Positions 59,099 through 64,000 of a stretch of DNA of 64,000 nucleotides are shown one piece after another. Numbering within the stretch: the first letter of the stretch is position 1; every line of letters begins with the position of its first letter. The DNA lies in assembly GCA_951406725.2 (NCBI GenBank), contig OX597815.1, forward strand, positions 115,444,001 through 115,508,000, in the 5' to 3' direction. Below the pieces are notes generated by a model. That model saw only the letters and a program-made list of their open reading frames with translations, was not told the origin of the DNA and made no database searches. The DNA is from Octopus vulgaris (taxonomy: Eukaryota). The translations under genes and the position numbers were made by a program.

Positions 59099-60148
59099 CA
59101 TCATCGTCATTAGTATTGTGCTTTGTGATATTTGTCCCTGCTCTTTAAGTTCTGAGCTTAAATCATGGTCAACTTTACCTTTCATCCTTTTGGAGTCAAA
59201 AAATAAAGTATCCATAAAGTACTGGAATTGATGGTATCAACTTACCTTTACCTTTAAATTTGCTGACTTTGTACAAAATAAGAAACCATTGTTGTTATCA
59301 ATCATCATCATCATCTTCATCTCATCACTATTAACATCATCATCATTCATTTGATTGCTTGTTTGAATTTATAGAAATAAACAAGGTGTACATGAAGTGT
59401 AAGATAGGAAAATTGCTCTTTTGTTGCTGCTATATTTTGTTATCATCCAATCCCTCATAGTCAAAATTATAAAATACATCTGGTGGTTGGCAGATGCTCC
59501 TGAAAGATGACTTTCACATGAGATGTAATATCACACAACCTTGTAATTATTATCAGTTTCCAGTATCAACAATTAGAGTGAATCAAGGCAGTATAGAAAT
59601 TAAGCAACTTTCCAATGCCTTTTCATTTTGATCAATGTGTACTTATGATACCATCAGGCTAATACTAACTACCTTAACTCCTGAGGTATCAGGGAAATGA
59701 GTCTTTACATCAACTCATAGACACAATTTTGAAGTGGAGGGGTGCACACACATAAGAATCTAGTGCATATTTATTCTATTAACCCTGAAGAAATAGAAGA
59801 TAAAAGTAAAAAATGGTATGATTTAATTTCAGAATATTTAGTGGAAAAACTAAATACAGTTTAGGTATATAATTTGATGATGTGTTGTTATTGTCATTCT
59901 GCATGATAATAAATAATAATGATGATGATGATGATGATGATTTTAAATTTTGGCACAGGCCAGCAATATCGGGGGAGAGGTAAGCCGATTACATCAACCC
60001 CAGTGCTCAACTGGTACTTATTTAATGACCCCAAAAGGATGAACGGCAAAGTCGACCTCAGCAGGATTTGATCTCAGAATGTAAAGATGAACAAAATGCT
60101 GCTAAGCATTTTGTCCAGCATGCTAACAATTCTGCCAGCTCATCACCT

Positions 60149-60153
60149 TAATA

Positions 60154-60230
<77 letters not shown>

Positions 60231-60340
60231 TAATAATAATTATAATAATAATAATGATAATAATAATTATAATAATAATGATAATAATAATTATAATAAT
60301 AATAATAATAATAATAATAAGGATGATGATGATGATAACA
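60149..60340. repeat. (AAT)n microsatellite
   Basis: Directly visible; source of the poly-Ile ORF. Confidence 0.95.
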
Positions 60341-61479
60341 ACCTTTCTACTATAGATACCAATGCCTAAAATTTGGGGGGAGGGCTTAATCAATTATATT
60401 AACCCCAGTGTTCAACTGGTACTTATTTTATCAACCTTGAAAGGATGAAATGCAAAGTCAACCTCAGAGGAATACTAATAATAATAATTTTAGCACAAGG
60501 CCAGCTGTTTTGATGAGAGGGGCAAGTTGATTCTGTTGTCTCCAGTACGTGGCTAGTACTTTATTTTATTGATTACAACCTATTTGGATTGATCCTAACT
60601 TTTATTACTTCATGTACTTTAGCAATATTTGTTACTGTGTTTTTTTTTCTTTATTATCTTATGGTTTATGTTTAGAAAAATCATGATATGTTTACATAAA
60701 TGAATAAAAGAATTAAATAAAATTGATATATTTATAAACACATTTAGTATTAGAAATTGGTTTTAAAAAATGATATTCTTTAAAACAGAAAATAAATCAA
60801 ATATCCTTTAAGTAACCATTATCCATCATACAATTCATCATGTTAACTGTGATCTTTACCCATTTCTGTCTAGAAGAACTGGCAATCTTATATTTTTATG
60901 ACATCTTTCATTTTTGACCTATATGTCGTCTTGGCTGAATTTAGCAAATTTCTAAGATTGCTCCATTTATCATAATATCCCATTCTTTGGCACTATGAAT
61001 ATTTTATGTGTTTTCTTTTTTCTGTACTCGTACCATCTATTGATTACTGTGACAATTGCATTTTAATGCCTTCCATGTTGGCTGCTATAAAGAATTGCTG
61101 CTTTTGAATTGTCTGTGATTCCTTGCTTCTTAAATTTTCAGATTTATTTTTACTGTTAGGAAAATTCTATGCATGTTTATTGTCATATATATATATATAC
61201 ATTGTGTGTGTGTGTGTGCACACACGTATACATGTGTGTGCATAGATGGCAAAATAACAACAAATATTGAATTTTAAATATATGAAGTTGATACACACTG
61301 TTTTCTGATCTTGTTCATTCATGTAAGATATGTGCAACATTTGTGTCAAAGATTGTTTCTTGGAGTGATTCAACAGCTGAATTTGTTGGATCATCTTTAT
61401 GTATGCTGTTCTGTTTAAACCAGCCTTGTATTTTGTGATATGACTGAATATGTACTGTCTATTTGTCTCTCTCATTCTC

Positions 61480-61520
<41 letters not shown>

Positions 61521-62039
61521 CACATGTGGATAGATAGACAGACAGACAGCCAGATATGGTTTATATATCACAAATACAACCTCCATACTTGCCTTAAATC
61601 CCAGCTGATTCTATGAGAAAAATAGACAGAAAGGAGACAACTGGCTTAGTCTTTTGGGACTGCAGCATTGCAATCATCAACTAGTTCTGTGGCATCAAGC
61701 ATAAAGCAACCTTCAAATTCACCCAGTTTGATATTGTGGACTTCTATTCTTCTATTTTGAAATCTCTCCTTCTAAAAGCCTTAGTTTTTGGAGATAATTC
61801 ATTAGAGTCAGCAACCTTGATATCAAAATAATCCTGAATGCCAACAAGTCACTCCTTTTCCACAATAACTCCTATTGAGTCATTAACGTTTCCATGGAGA
61901 AATATGACAGGGCTGATATCCTAGATACCCTAAAAAACATATACTAATAGTTCAGTGATGCACAGACACAATAACTTGGTAATCTCAAACAGTATGAATG
62001 GCCAAATATCTTTATAGAGTGCAGCCTGAATATAACTGT

Positions 62040-62490
62040 CACTACTTACCTAACTAAAGTTTCTTGGATATACTGACAAATACTACTCCTATACAAGGCC
62101 TAATCAGGAAAATGTATACATCCATAAGAATTTCAACCTTCCCCAGCTATCATTAGTGATCTAGTAACAGCTGAAGAAACTCTAATATATTGACAGGTAG
62201 ATATCTTCAATGTGGAGACTCTAGTAAAGAGTGGCGTTAGTGAGAATTTAGTATATATGGAAGATCCTCAACCCCAACCCTAAAGAGAGTTGGAATTAGA
62301 CATGTAATGTGATTCAATCCTTCATTCAATTTAGATACCCCTACAAATATAGCTAAAAGCTTCTTGTCCATAATTAGACAGCTTTTCCCAAGCATCCATT
62401 AGTACCACAAACTTTTTAATGCCCATAACATTAAGGTTAGCTACTCATATCTAGATAACATCACACCCAATATTGCATGCTTAATATGTA
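62040..62490 (+). mobile_element. Penelope-like RT/linker fragment (decayed)
   Basis: Frameshifted YKPNQENVYIHKNFN and FNPSFNLDTPTNIAKSFLSIIRQLFP..YHKLFNAHNIKVSYSYLDNI resemble PLE motifs (KPN..YIH..SNHP; WFNPP...TNIG..FL...KVSYS). Confidence 0.65.
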
Positions 62491-63039
62491 AATGCAGGGC
62501 AGACAATACTTGTTTGCTCATAGTGAGATTACTCTCTTTTAATCAACCATTATTACTATCTAACATTGTCTACTTTTACTAACACCTAGCAACTGATAGG
62601 GTTACACATAACACAGCAACAATTAACCTGATATGGCTCACCACATGGAACAATAACAATGGCAGTAAGCATCTATTTCCATCCACAGTTGCTAACTACA
62701 TAAATTCTAAACACAGTAGGCTAGCAGAGGACACTATGCTGTCTGCTCTGCCACATGGACCAACAAATATAAATATCTGTTGTCAAATGTCTGTCCACTT
62801 CATTAAATGCCCTGATCCAACCAATGGAGATACCCAACTATTATCATTTCAAGGCCATATTTTTTCTTTGTTGCCACTCAGATGCCAAGGACTCAGATAA
62901 GTTAGATATTCAGAATAACATTTTAAAAACCCCTAAGTAATCCAATAAATATGTGTATATGTAGATATATGTGTGTGCATGTATGTTTGTACATACATAC
63001 ACACACATATATACTTATATATGTATACATATGTGTGTG

Positions 63040-63086
<47 letters not shown>

Positions 63087-63154
63087 GTATATATATGTAT
63101 GTATATATAGGTAGATAGATTGATAGATAGATAAAGTTAGATAAGGCTGGTTTA

Positions 63155-63217
63155 TGGGATTACCTTGGGTTTCATGCCCATAAAGCACTTAGCTTTACAA
63201 CATATTGTCAGATCCCA
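63155..63217 (-). ncRNA. Near-intact hammerhead motif
   Basis: TGGGAT CTGACAA T ATGTTGTAAAGC taagt GCTTTATGGGCAT GAAA CC CAA GG TA ATCCCA. All three stems pair; single core change CGA to CAA. Confidence 0.6.
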
Positions 63218-63677
63218 AACCTGCTGGCTTATGGCCTCTCTAACTTTATCTACATAATATACTGCGCTATAACTTCAAGTGTACTTTCATTTTCAGATTT
63301 ATGTTTTACTGATGATCTATATATATATATATGTCTGTATTAATCAAATATTGAATAAAGCTAAATAGGAAGCTATCTGAGCCCAAACAGATTTCAATGA
63401 ATAAAAGAATGATAGTAAGTTTACTGTCAAATATTTCCAGACAAATTGTTTTACTATAGATATTTTCAAACTATCAATGGAATTTGATGTGTGCCAAATG
63501 GTCACTTAAGCTGTTCTATTTCATTAATCTTAAGTGTGTGAATTTGCTTGGCTCCAGATTTCTTTGGTAAGCAAACACAAGTGTTCAAACATCAACAACT
63601 TTTCTGCACAAACTGTACCTATGTACATTATTTACACGACATATCTGTACATACCTTTTGTATTATGCATACACAGA

Positions 63678-64000
63678 GGCGCAGGCGTGGCTGTGTGGTA
63701 AGTGACTTGTTTACCAACTACATGGTTCCGGGTTCAGTCCCACTGTGTGATACCTTGGGCAAGTGTCTTCTACTATAGCCTCAGGCCAACCAAAGCCTTG
63801 TGAGTGAATTTGGTAGACGGAAACTGAAAGAAGCCTGTCATATATATATATATGTGTATATATATGTATATAGGTGTGTATTTGTCTGTGTTTGTCCCCC
63901 CAGCATCACTTGACGACCGATGGTAGTGTGTTTACATCCCTGTAACTTTGCGGTCTGGCAAAGAGACCGATAGAATAAGTACTAGGCTTACAAAGAATAA
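63678..64000 (+). mobile_element. SINE family A (runs off the window end)
   Basis: GGCGCAGGCGTGGCTGTGTGGTAAG...GGGTTCAGTCCC head. Confidence 0.85.

Noticed and set aside
60148-60393. Poly-Ile ORF (and the poly-Asn ORF at 58461-58670)
   Set aside because: (AAT)n microsatellite.

Overview
AT-rich, microsatellite-saturated animal genomic DNA. The repeat families suggest an octopod cephalopod (Octopus-like); this is an inference. The only protein-coding gene I can support is an internal piece of UNC80 (NALCN channelosome subunit) on the + strand: five phase-compatible exons between 34589 and 44406, one intron with a non-canonical GC-AG donor, and a candidate frame-preserving 42-nt cassette microexon at 53402-53443 followed by a YCAY cluster. 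Everything else looks intronic: (TA)n/(TATG)n/(CA)n/(AAT)n arrays (the source of nearly all long YIYI-type ORFs in the track, which are artefacts), tRNA-derived SINEs, 3' fragments of RTE, CR1-group and R4/Dong-type LINEs, mariner remnants and Penelope-like element (PLE) relics. The most notable hidden structure is a set of about 10 minimal type-I hammerhead ribozyme motifs from several unrelated sequence families, mostly in inverted-repeat PLE-like termini. Two have intact catalytic cores and canonical spacing: 3772-3822 (-) and 10940-10982 (+). The second sits in a 257-bp element with 20-bp terminal inverted repeats that also carries a built-in antisense copy of the ribozyme core. All structures were read by eye; no folding, alignment or database search was run.
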